Part shown: positions 24,698 through 36,745 of the stretch, piece by piece | Layout: each line of letters begins with the position of its first letter | How positions within the stretch are numbered: the first letter of the stretch is position 1 | From: Eledone cirrhosa | Taxonomy: Eukaryota | Assembly (NCBI GenBank): GCA_964016885.1 | Contig: OZ024743.1 | Coordinates: forward strand, 249,054,001 to 249,118,000 | DNA length: 64,000 nucleotides | Direction of reading: 5' to 3' | The notes under the pieces: model-generated | Told to the model about the DNA's origin: nothing | Seen by the model: only the letters and a program-made list of their open reading frames with translations | The model's database searches: none | Made by a program: the position numbers and the translations under genes

Positions 24698-26461
24698 ATT
24701 AAACCTTCTTCAGTTTCCCTACTCCTTCCCTTCCAGATTGTTATATGATGAGAATAACATTCAAAAGAGGGAGCTGTTTATATTTGGAGTAGAATGGATA
24801 CCCAATAGCATGTAGTATGTTTTGTGTTTGATAAAGTACTCGGAAATTAGCTCAGATCTCCAGGTGTTTACAGATCCCAGGCTAGCTACCATTTATTTTG
24901 GGACAGCGACCTGAAGCAATCAGAAATTAGATATATCCCACCTCATTTTGTTTTTTTTAGTTCATTTGCAGTGATTTATAAAAAAAAAACATTTAAAAAC
25001 TAGTTTGTTAATTCAAATGTTTACAGTAAATAATTAAAAACAAGTTTGATAATTCAAATATTTATAGTTTATTAATTGAAAACAAGTGTGTTAATTAAAA
25101 TATTTATAGTATCTTGACTAATGGACAAATTGTTGTGAAAATGTGTACTATTATAGTAAAGACTAATTTTTAATGTCAGAGTGTTTTATACTGTTCAAGA
25201 ATCTCTTGCTAATACAGTTTCATGTAGAATAGGATGTTAAAAGTTAAACATATAAACATTTTTATTTCATGAATACAATATAAATACAAGCGTTTTAAGG
25301 TAATTAAACCTGCTAAAGCAAGGGTTAGCTTTGTTGGGGCTCTATGCTCATCATGGTGTTTAAGACAATGTTTTGCAGCTGAATGACCTTCCTAGCGTCA
25401 ATCTATTTAGTTGTCCCCTATGACATGTAAGGATATAATGTACCTATTCTAAACCAAATACAGACAGGTGTATTCACAGTTTGTGAGTACATTAAATGAA
25501 GGAGATCACATCATATAAGTGTTTCATTGCCTCAGCAGACAAAATGGAAACTATGTTACATTGAAGGATGGAGAGAGAGAGAGAGAGATGCTCAGACAAG
25601 GTCTTTCCTTCCTCCCCACAAGGCTTGGTCATGCTGATGGTCATCTCCATTTCAGTTGAAGTGAGTAAAGAAGTGGTTAAGGGATGCAGGATAGCAGATG
25701 ATTCCACCATTACTGGTTTGAAAGAAATCTATAATTTGTTTAAATTACTAAAATACTAAATTTTTAGTCAAATTACTTGCTCAGTTTTGTTTTACTGATG
25801 AAACAAATATGAGTAGTTAATCAGAATGACATCCAACTGTAAAAATGAATTGAATTTTCCTCTATAAATCATCTACAAATGATAACATAAAAATATATGT
25901 AAAACTGCACTAAATTTGGATTGAACAACTTACTATTTGAAAGTATGTGGTGCTTATTAAGCAAATCAATCAAATCACTAATCAGTAGGAATTACTTATT
26001 CATCCTCTATGACAATAACAATTGCATAATCTACAAAATAAATCCACAAAGAAACTGTAGGTATAGAATGAGATGCACAGAGAGATAATTAAGAAACACT
26101 GCAACCATTTACATAAGTGAAACGAACTGCAATATAAATGAAAGTATAAAAGAAAACTGGCAGGAATTCAAAGATATGAAATCTACACCAGTGCTTTATT
26201 AACATACCAAACATGGCTACTCGATATGGAATAATAGAAGCGAAAATTGGCTTTACACATCCAGACCATCCAGCATTAAAACAAATAAAAAAACCCATTC
26301 ATTTACTAGAAGAAGAAATAGGGCCCACCCACTACCTCTATCTACCAAATTCCACTAACAAGGCATTGATCAACCAAAGACTATTGTAGAAGATATTTGC
26401 TGAAGGTGTTGTGTAGTAGGATTGAACCTGGAATTACATTTATATGAAGCAAGTTTCTTAA

Positions 26462-26691
26462 CCCTTTTGATACCACCTAGTCCAAAACTGCATTTGGTTC
26501 TATGAAACAAAACAATCCATTTTAGAGGGTTCCTAGTTAAATTATTATCTTCAAACTTAATTTTATATAAGTACTATTTGTTACAAATACTATCTTAATG
26601 AAATAGCTATTAATTTTTGCAAATCTCTCCAAAATATTCATTAATTATTTGAAATACAATTTATTTCATTAGAAATATGGTAATGAAAGGG
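26462..26691. mobile_element. TTAA-flanked MITE inserted in a SINE
   Basis: TTAA|ccctttt ... gaaaggg|TTAA. Confidence 0.65.
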
Positions 26692-27145
26692 TTAACCAAA
26701 AAGCCATACCTGTGCAGACCAGCCAGGACATGGTGGGTACTGCAGAGGGATGAAAAGCCAACTTGAAGCTGGTGGAAATTGAACTCAGCATAAAGGGACA
26801 TAATTAGATACCACCATGCTACCGAATCCGCTACCCCACCCTACCATCACCTTTGTTAGTGTTGATAAAGATATCCTTTACTACTTAAAATTAAGTTGAT
26901 AGCCTCACACAAGCATTTATTTTATTTTAGATTGTTGTGCAGGTTGTGACAAGCTGTGAGGCCGTGAGATTTATAATGGTAGCAAACAATATAATACTGA
27001 TTAGCATTAAACAGAAGGGACCCCAATACATGTACACCTGCACCCCCCCCCCCACACACACACCACACACATATATATATATTACACACACACAGTCATA
27101 CATACATACATTCATACATGCATGCATACTTACATACATGCATAC

Positions 27146-27176
<31 letters not shown>

Positions 27177-27248
27177 CATACATACATACATACATACATG
27201 ATGGCTGCCCCCTCGTTATCGAGTATGGCCATTGCACGAGGAGAAAGA

Positions 27249-27279
<31 letters not shown>

Positions 27280-27310
27280 TAAAATAAAAAGAAAATAAAA
27301 AAAAAAAAAG

Positions 27311-27341
<31 letters not shown>

Positions 27342-27536
27342 CACATATACACACACACACACACACTCACACACACATATACACACACACATTAATAACA
27401 ATAATAATAATAATAATCATAACAACAATAATAATAACGACAACAACAATAATAATATACATATACATATATATATACACACACACGCACACACATACGC
27501 ATATCTACACACACACACACACACACACGATAGCAA

Positions 27537-30500
27537 CTAATAGCGCTGCGATCGAATGTGGCTTTTTAGCCCAGCCAATGATCTAAAATGTCTTGCACAG
27601 AGTCGGCAACCAAAACATTCACTGGGAATAGTCGGCTGTGGTTGGAGTTCGTGTACTTTTGCATGTCGCTTGAGCCCTCCTGCTGATTTACATTCTCTAC
27701 CACATGTTTGGCAAGCATGATGAGTAGCATCTCCAACAGCAGCCTGGTAGTCAACCACTGGTCTTACTTTATGACTGCAAAGATGACTTTCGAGTCCAGC
27801 TTTGCTTAGGCAGAGTCTCGCACATACGCTGCATGTCAGCACCATAGGAGGACCCTCGCCGCCTGGAAGTGCAACAGCAATGCCCTTCCTCACATCCCGC
27901 TTTACTTTCTCGTATGCGATTCGAGATGCCTCAAAGGCAACTTTTCCCTCATATACAGTCTTTCTCCATTTATTACGATCAGCAGCAATATTCTCCCATG
28001 TATCAGCAGAGATGTTAGCGTCTTTCAGAGAGGCTTTCAAGGAATCCTTATACCTCTTTTTTGGTTTATGTGGCGGTCGTTTTACTTTAACCAACTCTTC
28101 ATAAAAGAGTTGTTTTGGTATTCTAGAATCCTTCATCCTGGCAAGGTGACCACTCCAACGGAGTCGTTGCTTAAGCACAAGAGCTTCTATACTGTCACAC
28201 ATAGAGCTTTCCAAAATCTCGACATCACTGATGTGGTCCCTCCAGTGAACGCCATGGATCCGTCTGAGACACATCTGATGGAAACGCTCCAATTGCTTAA
28301 GGTGGTGTCGATATGTGACCCAGGTCTCGCAGGCATAAAGAAGACAAGAGAGCACACATGCCCTGTACACCTTTACCTTTGTCCTGCATATATCTCGCCG
28401 ACCCCAGAGTCGCCTTTCTAGCTTTCCGAAAGCATCACTTGCTTTCCTAATCCTAAGTGAGATTTCACTGTCAAGGTTGCTGTATCGATTGACAGTGCTT
28501 CCCAGGTAGACAAACTGATCAACCACTCCAAGTCGTTTGCCATACACATAGATGTTTGGTTCAGTGTACTGCTTACCAGGGGCAGGTTGGTACATGACGA
28601 CGGTTTTCTTGAGACTGACAGTCAGACCTAGGGCAGTGCAAGCGTCAGAAAATGTATTCAAAATGTGCTGCATATCACTCTCTGTGTGCGCTACAAGATC
28701 GCAATCATCTGCATACAAGAGGTCTCTTATGATTGATGTAAATACTTTTGTCTTCGCAGCAAAGCGCCTGATGTTAAATATGCTGCCTGAGGTTCGATAT
28801 CGGATGTAAACACCATTCTCGCAATTCCTGAATGCAATACAGAAAACCATTGCAAAGTATATGGCAAACAGGGTCGGTGCTGGAATATCCCCCTGTTTCA
28901 CTCCATTTTTTACTGAGATGGGCTCCGACATGTTACCCCCGACATTAACCCAAGTCTTCATGTCGTCATGGAAAGACCTAACTAAAGCAAGGAACTTATC
29001 AGGGCAACCAAGTTTCTGGAGAACCTTCCATAATGCATCTCTGTTAACAGTATCGAAAGCTTTTGTCAGATCGACAAAAACCTGATACAGATCCAAGCCT
29101 TGTTCCATGCACTTCTCCTGGAGCTGTCTAGCTGAGAAGATCATATCAGTAGTGCCGCGTCCAGCACGAAAACCAGATTGACTTTCAGGAAGAACACAAT
29201 CTGCAATGTGTGTCAGCAGACGGTCCAGAAGCACCCTACATAAAACTTTCCCTACGACAGAAAGCAATGATATACCTCTGTAGTTCCCACAATCGTTCCT
29301 GTTACCCTTTCCCTTGTACAAGACCACCATTACTGCATCTCTCCAGTCCTCAGGTACGGATTCATTAGCCCATATCCTGCCAAACAAAGAGTGAAGATGT
29401 TGCAGGAGTCTCTCACCACCATATTGTAGGAGCTCAGCATCTATGCCATCCATACCTGGAGATCTTCCACTGTTCAGCTTCGAAATAGCCACTGCAACCT
29501 CCACAAGCGTCGGAGGTTCTGCGAGAGCTACTTTCACAGGACTTTCTGGAATGAGATTGAGGAAATCTTCACTGACGACAGACGGCTGATTCAAAAGATC
29601 ACCAAAGTGCTCTCGCCACCTTCGTAGAATTCCTTGTGAGTCACGAAGAAGTTCTCTGCCATCCTTGCTGCGAAGCGGTGTCACCAGAGAAGAAGACGGT
29701 CCATAAACCTCACGCAAGAGACTGTACAACAGCTTTGTGTTATTGGAATCAGACGCAGTTTGAATCTCACCAGCCTTCTCACTCCACCACTGATCCTTCA
29801 TCTGATAAAGACTCCGCCTAACACGTGATTTTACATCCCTGAGTTCCTCATGCAACGTATTCCTCTACTGTGGTTTTGCCGTCAAGTAGCGTGACAGAGC
29901 ACGCCTCTTATCAGCTAACAAGTCTTCTATATGTACATCATTCTCATCAAACCAGTCCTGATGTTTCCTCTGCGCCAATACCAGAACACGCCTGCCTACA
30001 TCATAAACCGACTTTTTAAGGGTCGGCCAATCCTCACCAAGATCTGCAGCCTGCATCTCTTCTTCCAATGTCCTCTTCACATTTTTATCCTTAAGACGAG
30101 CAGCATTCAATCTTTTGTGCAGGGCCACACCAGGAGCCCGGATTTTACGTTTAGTGATTAGTTTCACTTTTGCGCGTACCAGGCGGTGGTCCGTCCAGCA
30201 CTCAGCTCCACGAAGAACACGAACACACTGCACATCCTGTCTGTCACGGATCCTGACTAGGACGTAGTCCAAAAGATGCCATTCCTTAGATGCAGGATGC
30301 ATCCATGTGGTCTTGAATTTGTTCTTTTGTTGGAACATGGTGTTGGTAACACACAGATCCAGCTCCTCACACATCTGCAGCAGGAGCATACTATTGCTGT
30401 TACACTTTCCCACCCCATGCCTTCCGATTACATTCCATGTGTTAAAATACCTACCCACTCTAGCATTAAAGTCACCAAGCACGATGACTTTGTCTGCCTG

Positions 30501-31079
30501 AGGGATATTTCTTAAAACACCTTTCAAGGCATGGTAAAAGGACACCTTTTCTTCATCGACAGAATTCATAGTTGGAGCATACACACTCACCAGGGTCGCA
30601 TATCTTCCCTTGTCCAGCGGAACTCTCATGGATATAAGACGCTCACTAATCCCTACTGGGAATTCTTCTAATTTGTTCACAAGCACAGTCTTAACAGCAA
30701 ATCCTACCCCAGCCTCTCTTCTGGTTCCTTCATCTCTTCCTTTCCAGAAGAATGTATATTCTCCACAAAATTCCGTAAGATGACCATCTCCAGCTAGCCT
30801 CGTCTCAGATAAAGCCACGATGTCAAGATCGTAACGTCGAAGCTCCTTTGCAACAAGAGCGGTCCTTCGTTCAGGACGCCCCAAGGAATCCCTGTCAAGA
30901 AGCGTCCGTACGTTCCAGCAGCCAAGACTAAATGCCTTGTTTGGCTCTATTACAATGGCACGATGACGAGCAGGCCCAGGCTGTGATAACCTGGGGCCCC
31001 TGTCCTTATTGCCAATGATCTTTTTTGTTCCAGAACCTAAATTGCCAATTATCTCTTTTATATTGTTCTGGAACATCAT
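27537..31079 (-). pseudogene. RTE polyprotein (APE endonuclease, RT, C-terminal C2H2-type fingers), about 1180 codons with a single in-frame TAG
   Basis: CWNVRTL, LSETR, YAPT, GDFNARVG, WTDHRLV; FVDLTKAFD, GVKQGD, LLYADD, YLGS; two complete CxxC..H..H fingers and a third lacking the last His; stop at 29865-29867. Confidence 0.93.
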
Positions 31080-31141
31080 TGAATTGGAAAAAAAAAAAAA
31101 AAAAAAAAAGTTATAATAATAGTAATAATAATAATAATAAT

Positions 31142-32094
31142 GATTTCATTTATTAGCCACAAGGGCCGACATGTAGGGGACAATACAAAGACAGGGACAG
31201 TGAGGGTTTACAATAAGGTCGAGTAAAAGTGCACAATGGCAAGACTAATTTAACAATGAAAATATAAAAATATAAAATAAACTATGCACAAATATAACAA
31301 AATAAATTCCCCGATAGGGGGTGGACGACCTGGGGTGATTCGGGTACCCCACCAATCCTGAACCACCCTGTGCTTCTAGGGCACCCAGGGAGAGCACCCC
31401 TCTCCTCAAGTTAGCCAGCCTATAGGCGCATGGTCAGAGTAGGCCCATTCACACGAGCCATTCTCGCCACATTCACCCACCTTTTAGCAAATGTACTGGG
31501 GGGCAGCACTTCTCTCTCCACCCTCACCCTCCTTTCCAGGTGAAACTTGAAGAAGTTGATGAGGGATTGGCCGAAGAGAAAAATGTTTGTCTTTAGTCCT
31601 TTCAACCTGGTCCACCATATAATCTCTTTCGCAACTGCCACCAGACAGAGGAAAATGTCCTGCTCTTCCTGACCTAAGGAAGGTGGCGGTTCGATCTTCA
31701 CTATGGACTCGGCCGATAGCCGGATTCGTTCCACACGCGACAGTAGCTGTTCGACATAACTCCACAAGTCAGTAATGCACGAACATTGGACAAGTGCGTG
31801 CAAAACGGTTTCGTCGTTCTGTGCGCATCTTGGGCAGGTCCGTCTGACAGCACTTCCGTGCCTGTAGAGTTTATCCCGAACTGGCAGTGCCCCCCGGTAG
31901 CACTGCCAAGCGAGGGATTTCTGGAAATTGTCCATCGTCCCCGGCTCAAAAGTCCTCCGGTACAGACTGGTCAGTTCGACTTCGTCGAGGCCCAAAGCTT
32001 CTCCGAGTGCGTCATCGCACTTGCCCACCACTAATCCTCTATAGAACTCGAGAGTGGAAGTTCCACTGATCGCATTGCCCGTTTGGTAGAGGGC
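31142..32094 (-). mobile_element. L1/Tx1-clade LINE 3' fragment (zf-RVT region) inserted in the RTE 5' UTR
   Basis: ORF 31420-32031 AWQCYRGALPV..CPRC..ETVLHALVQC..W is a zf-RVT pattern; AATAAA then (ATT)n tail. Confidence 0.88.
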
Positions 32095-32679
32095 AATAAT
32101 AATAATAATAATAGTACACTATTAATAATTATTAATGCACTCGTGCAATGCCTGTGCGTGACGAATATTTTTAAAGTGAGGAAAGACTGTGCACTGAGCC
32201 AATCCCACTCTCTGAGCGACAGTAGCTATAACCCGAAAAGAAGAAAAGATCAACATCATCGGTAACTACTGAGCCGCAGGTTTTATGTCGGAGTTAACCC
32301 AGTTTCCTGAGATGCCTTCCCCTAGAAGAATGCCCTGACAAGGGCTAGGGCTTCTTCACTCCCAGTGGTTTAACTGCGCGATCGGGCATCCAGCCCGATT
32401 ATTTCTATGACCCCGCGCGCGCGCGCAAAAAAAAAAAAAATCACTTATTGACACTTATACGTACGACACACACACGCGCATACATATGCGCGCACACAGC
32501 AACACTCATACATACAAACAAACACACACACGCTACTCTACTCACTTACACACACACATATATATATATTACCGTCATTACTGATACAAGATTACAAGAT
32601 TATGTCAACTGTTGACTTTCAAGAGTTTGTATAGTTGAAGCCGATCGTACTACAGTCCAGTATTATTATAATTGCTTTA

Positions 32680-32765
32680 CAGCATAGAGTCACGGCCCTC
32701 CACGCTCTGAGCTCAAATCCCGACGAGGTCAACCTTGCCTTTCATCCCCACGGAGTCAACAAAAG
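32680..32765 (+). mobile_element. SINE fragment (second tRNA-SINE family)
   Basis: ctctgagctcaaatcccgacgaggtcaaccttgcctttcatcc matches 57120-57200 and 62120-62200. Confidence 0.7.
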
Positions 32766-34199
32766 CAGAAAAATTATTATTAAAGTTGTTTTCTTAAGGC
32801 CCGGTCGATGGTGATGGCGGTAGTGGTGGTGGCAGTTGATGTTGTTGTTGTGTTGTGTGCGTGTGTGTGTGTTTTGTTATTTTGAGTTTTTATTTTTTCC
32901 TTTTTTTCCCTTCCCTTTCTTTTTTTTATCTTTTGATGCCGCTGTTGTTGTTGTTGTTGTTGTTGTAAATGTTCATTTCAGTTCATTCTGAAGCTGTTGT
33001 TGCTGTAAACATTAGTGCCGGTGTTGTTGTTGTAGATGTTGGGGTTGAAATCTGGTCGTTTGACTGATGTATATACACACATATACATACATATATATAT
33101 ATATATACACATTCAACAGAGAGTAGAGAGTTTGACAACAGGTCGATGACTTTAGTCTAGATAGGGTAATGACATGTGATGGTGGGGAGAGAGTGTAGAC
33201 GTTATTGTGGTGGTGGGGGACAGTGAGATGTATCTAGTTCATTTGACCGTTTTCTTCTCTTTGCAAAATTTGAATTTTAGCCATGTTATATTGAGATGTA
33301 AGTAAATGTAAAATGTAAAATATAAATAAGGATTGCTCTGCTAAAATATACTAAAATATTTGTGTAACTTCCACAAACTTCTGTCGTGACATTCCCGAGT
33401 CCAGTGACCAACAAATTGTTGTATTTTGATGTTTCAGAATACAAAAATTAATTAAAAACTTACCCCACGAAAAGACAGCATGTGTTGTCCTACCTATAAG
33501 CTCCCTCATACATACATACACATATAAATACATACATACATACGAACATACATAATTATATACACTACATGCACAGACGCAACACACACACCACACATAC
33601 ATATATATAACTTGACATAAAATAATGTTGATGATATATATGTATGCGTGTATGTAAGCGTATGTAAGCATGCTTGCATGCATATATGTATGTATGCATA
33701 TATTTATATGTAATGTATATATGATTGTAAGTATGTATGTATATATGCATGCATGTGTGTATATATGTATGTAAGTATGTATGTATGTATGTATATATGT
33801 ATGTCATCATCATCATCATCGTTTAACGTCTATCTTCCACGCTAGCATGGGTTTAGACATGTATTTATGAATGTGTGTGTGTACACATATACACGCACAG
33901 AAAAATATGTGTAAGCATCCATCATACTTGAACATCTCTCTTTACTCATTTTGATATTGACACAAATGGATTGCAAGGTAACAGCAGGAAAACCTGAGGC
34001 TGTAATTAGATCCAACAACTCAGATTGGCTGAAGAAGAAGCTATTTCTAATGTTAATATATCAATTAAAACATTATCGATTCCTTTCTTTATTAGAAAGA
34101 TGTGAAGTAAAGGGCTGTACCCTTGGCCTTAATAGGCCCTTTAAAACCAATGACATTGATGCCATTAGTTTTGTACTGAAATTGTTGCAATTCAAAGAC

Positions 34200-34700
34200 T
34201 GCAGGAAAGATATGTGCAAGGAGGGAACAATTGCATATGCCAATGTTCTGGGAAGAAATCACTGGGTATTGAGATTAGTGAAGAGTCTGGGCGTTTGGAT
34301 ACAACATGAATGATGAGAAGAGGAGAGTTGAATGAGTTAAAAGATATGAGTAAGTCAGGAGTGGTCGAGTGGATCTGACAAAACCAGCCTGCTCTGAGGA
34401 GCAGAGATCATTGTAGTTGCAAAGAAAATGTGAAGATAGGAGACAAGATATTTGTCGCCCAGATCCCAAGCCAATCACTTGAGAAATCTTTTTCTGGATG
34501 GAAGTGGTTTGCATATATAACAGCTGTACCATCTCATATGTGGCCTCACCAGAACTTTGTTGAAGGTTAGTAGTTATTGCAAGCTGAAGTATTTTCAGGA
34601 TCTGAAAAGTGGCCCAGTCTTTGTGATGCAGTCTTTGCTTCGGTAAGGATATACATTCAATAATAGAGTTCTTCAGTGATAGTGATACCTAGAATTTGAA
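34200..34700 (-). mobile_element. Degenerate CR1/L2-group LINE 3' fragment
   Basis: Minus strand FNKVLVRPHM resembles the LYKxLVRPHLEY motif; heavily decayed. Confidence 0.55.
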
Positions 34701-35517
34701 ATAATCCTGAGGGCTCTAGTTACATGCTGTACATTATCTTTAAGGGGGTAAAATATAATGATGTTTTCTTGATATGTGTAGTGATTAGGACTTATGCTGT
34801 TGAAGGAAACAATACTAGTATGACACCACATGAGGATGTTTATAAGGTTCATGGATCAGTGCAGATTTGGCACCAAGTGTCTAGGTTGCATGTAGATGGT
34901 GCTTAGATGTAGACAGCCAGGGAGTAATGAAGGATTGTTATCATCTGTATAAGATGTATTGTTGGAGATGATGACAAGTAGAGTGAATTTGAATAAAGAA
35001 CAGGTAACACAGAACAGCTTTGTTACCTTCTTTTAACTTAATTCGTACCACACCTTTCACATTGTCACAGCCTTCAAATTGCTTTCTTGTACTTAATGCA
35101 CAATGCTTCAAGCAAACTACAACCCTCACACATATATATATAGTTCAAGGAGACAACGAACAAAGGTACAAAAAGTATATATATAGTGTGTGTGAATGCG
35201 TCTGTTTTTCTGCAACACAATTTAAAAAAAAGCAAGTATCGTTGTATATTTATTTCCCACATTTCCACACATAAAAACAATGTACCCTTGCGGTCTGATG
35301 GAGATCATTGGAATATACCATACATGGAAATAAAAAGTTTGGCATTGGAAAAAGCATCCATTCATAGAAGAAAAAAAAAATCTGTTTCAAATATGTCTTG
35401 CTCCGTGTCAGCAAAAAGGCACATAAAACCAATACTGATGATGATGGGGAGGAGGAGGAGAAGGAGGATTAAGATGATGATAATGAAAAGGATGTGTAGC
35501 TTCATAGGTGTGGAATA

Positions 35518-36011
35518 CCATATTTGACGGCTTATAGAAGCACTTTGTTTTCTAAAAAATGACCCAGAAAACCACCCTGCATCTTAGAAGGTGAAGGGTT
35601 AGGGTTAGGCTATTAGCTAGTGGAGTTATAGTGCTGCAGTGGCTCTTAAATTAAATTGTAAATTTAATTGCTTCTACACCTACAATGGCAACTCTTTTCC
35701 AAAATAAAAATCTTCAGTTTTAATAAATTTTATGATCAATAAAATAAATTTATTTACATTATTTCAATATTTCAACAAAAAATACAATGTAGAGAATAAA
35801 GTAAATTTTATTTTCATATTTCCTTGTTTTAAAAATGTACTGAAATATAACTAGAATTATGATGTAGAATGATAAAAAATACGATGTTCAAACTTTATAT
35901 CCTTCACCTGATATTTGTAGTTTAAACCCATTTATTACTTTAAAAAAAACCCCCTGCCCAAATTGAGGTGCATCTTATAAGTGCATGTGTCTTATAAGCC
36001 ATCAAATACAG
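35518..36011. mobile_element. Tc1/pogo-like MITE
   Basis: TA|ccatatttgacggcttata ... tataagccatcaaatacag|TA. Confidence 0.7.
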
Positions 36012-36418
36012 TACTTTGTGATGGGTATAGTTTCATATTGGTAGAGAATTTTATATGTTTGTGGCTTCATGTGTGTGGAATATTTTATGATTTGTGAGGC
36101 ATTATAAGTAGAGAATATTTATAACATATGCAGTCATAATTGTGGAATATGTATTTGGATGTATGTAGCTTCATAAGTATGGAATATTTATGGCATGTGC
36201 AGTCAAAATTGTGGAATATTTGTGATGTATTTGCATATTCATCAATCAGAGATCATTCTATGATGTATACTTGTTCATATGTGTGAAATATTTATGATTT
36301 GTGTGAAATATGTTATGTGTGTGGCTTTATAAGTGTGAAATATTTTATGATGCATAGTGGTTCATAAGTGTATTCATAAGTGTGGTCTATATTATGATGT
36401 GTTCATAGGTGTGGAGTA

Positions 36419-36616
36419 TGAGGGTCAGTTGAAAACTTCATAGGCTGACCAAGGTACTCTCACGGAATGACCAAATGATGTTTATTTTTCAACATAGTCC
36501 CTGGAAAGAAATAGTACAGTTATTAATAAGAAGAGTTGAAGTTATTGCATGCAAGATTTCACAGCTTTAGCACCACTCCTTCATAGTCAGCCTATGAACT
36601 TTTCAGCTGACCATCA
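36419..36616. mobile_element. Mariner-like MITE
   Basis: TA|tgagggtcagttgaaaacttcataggctgac ... gtcagcctatgaacttttcagctgaccatca|TA. Confidence 0.8.
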
Positions 36617-36745
36617 TACATATAATGTATGTAGTATCACAGATGCAGAGAACTTTATGATGTATGTGGTCTCTATTTCAAATGTTTCTTTTAATCCTTT
36701 GACAAGTTGAAGAGATAACTTACCATCAAATATCTAATTGCTTAA

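Larger units (their letters stand above)
27098..32426 (-). mobile_element. RTE (BovB-like) LINE, near full length: structured 5' UTR, EN-RT-C2H2 ORF, 3' UTR, (ATGT)n tail
   Basis: ORFs 29865-31079 and 27537-29855 share one frame; 3' end tcgtgcaatggccatactcgataacgagggggcagccatc(atgt)n; 5' UTR 32110-32426 matches 40620-41104. Confidence 0.92.
35490..36670 (+). repeat. Degenerate ~33-bp minisatellite interrupted by two MITEs
   Basis: Recurrent gtggaatattttatgatgt..gtggcttcataagt units. Confidence 0.65.

Noticed and set aside
24739-24817. Strong-looking splice acceptor with a short open frame
   Set aside because: No convincing donor or homology; cannot be linked to the host gene
25492-25759. 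Overlapping short ORFs on both strands
   Set aside because: Span a (GA)n tract; no recognisable domain
29856-29870. Possible programmed readthrough between EN and RT ORFs
   Set aside because: RTE elements normally have one continuous ORF; a single nonsense mutation in this copy is simpler and cannot be distinguished without other copies
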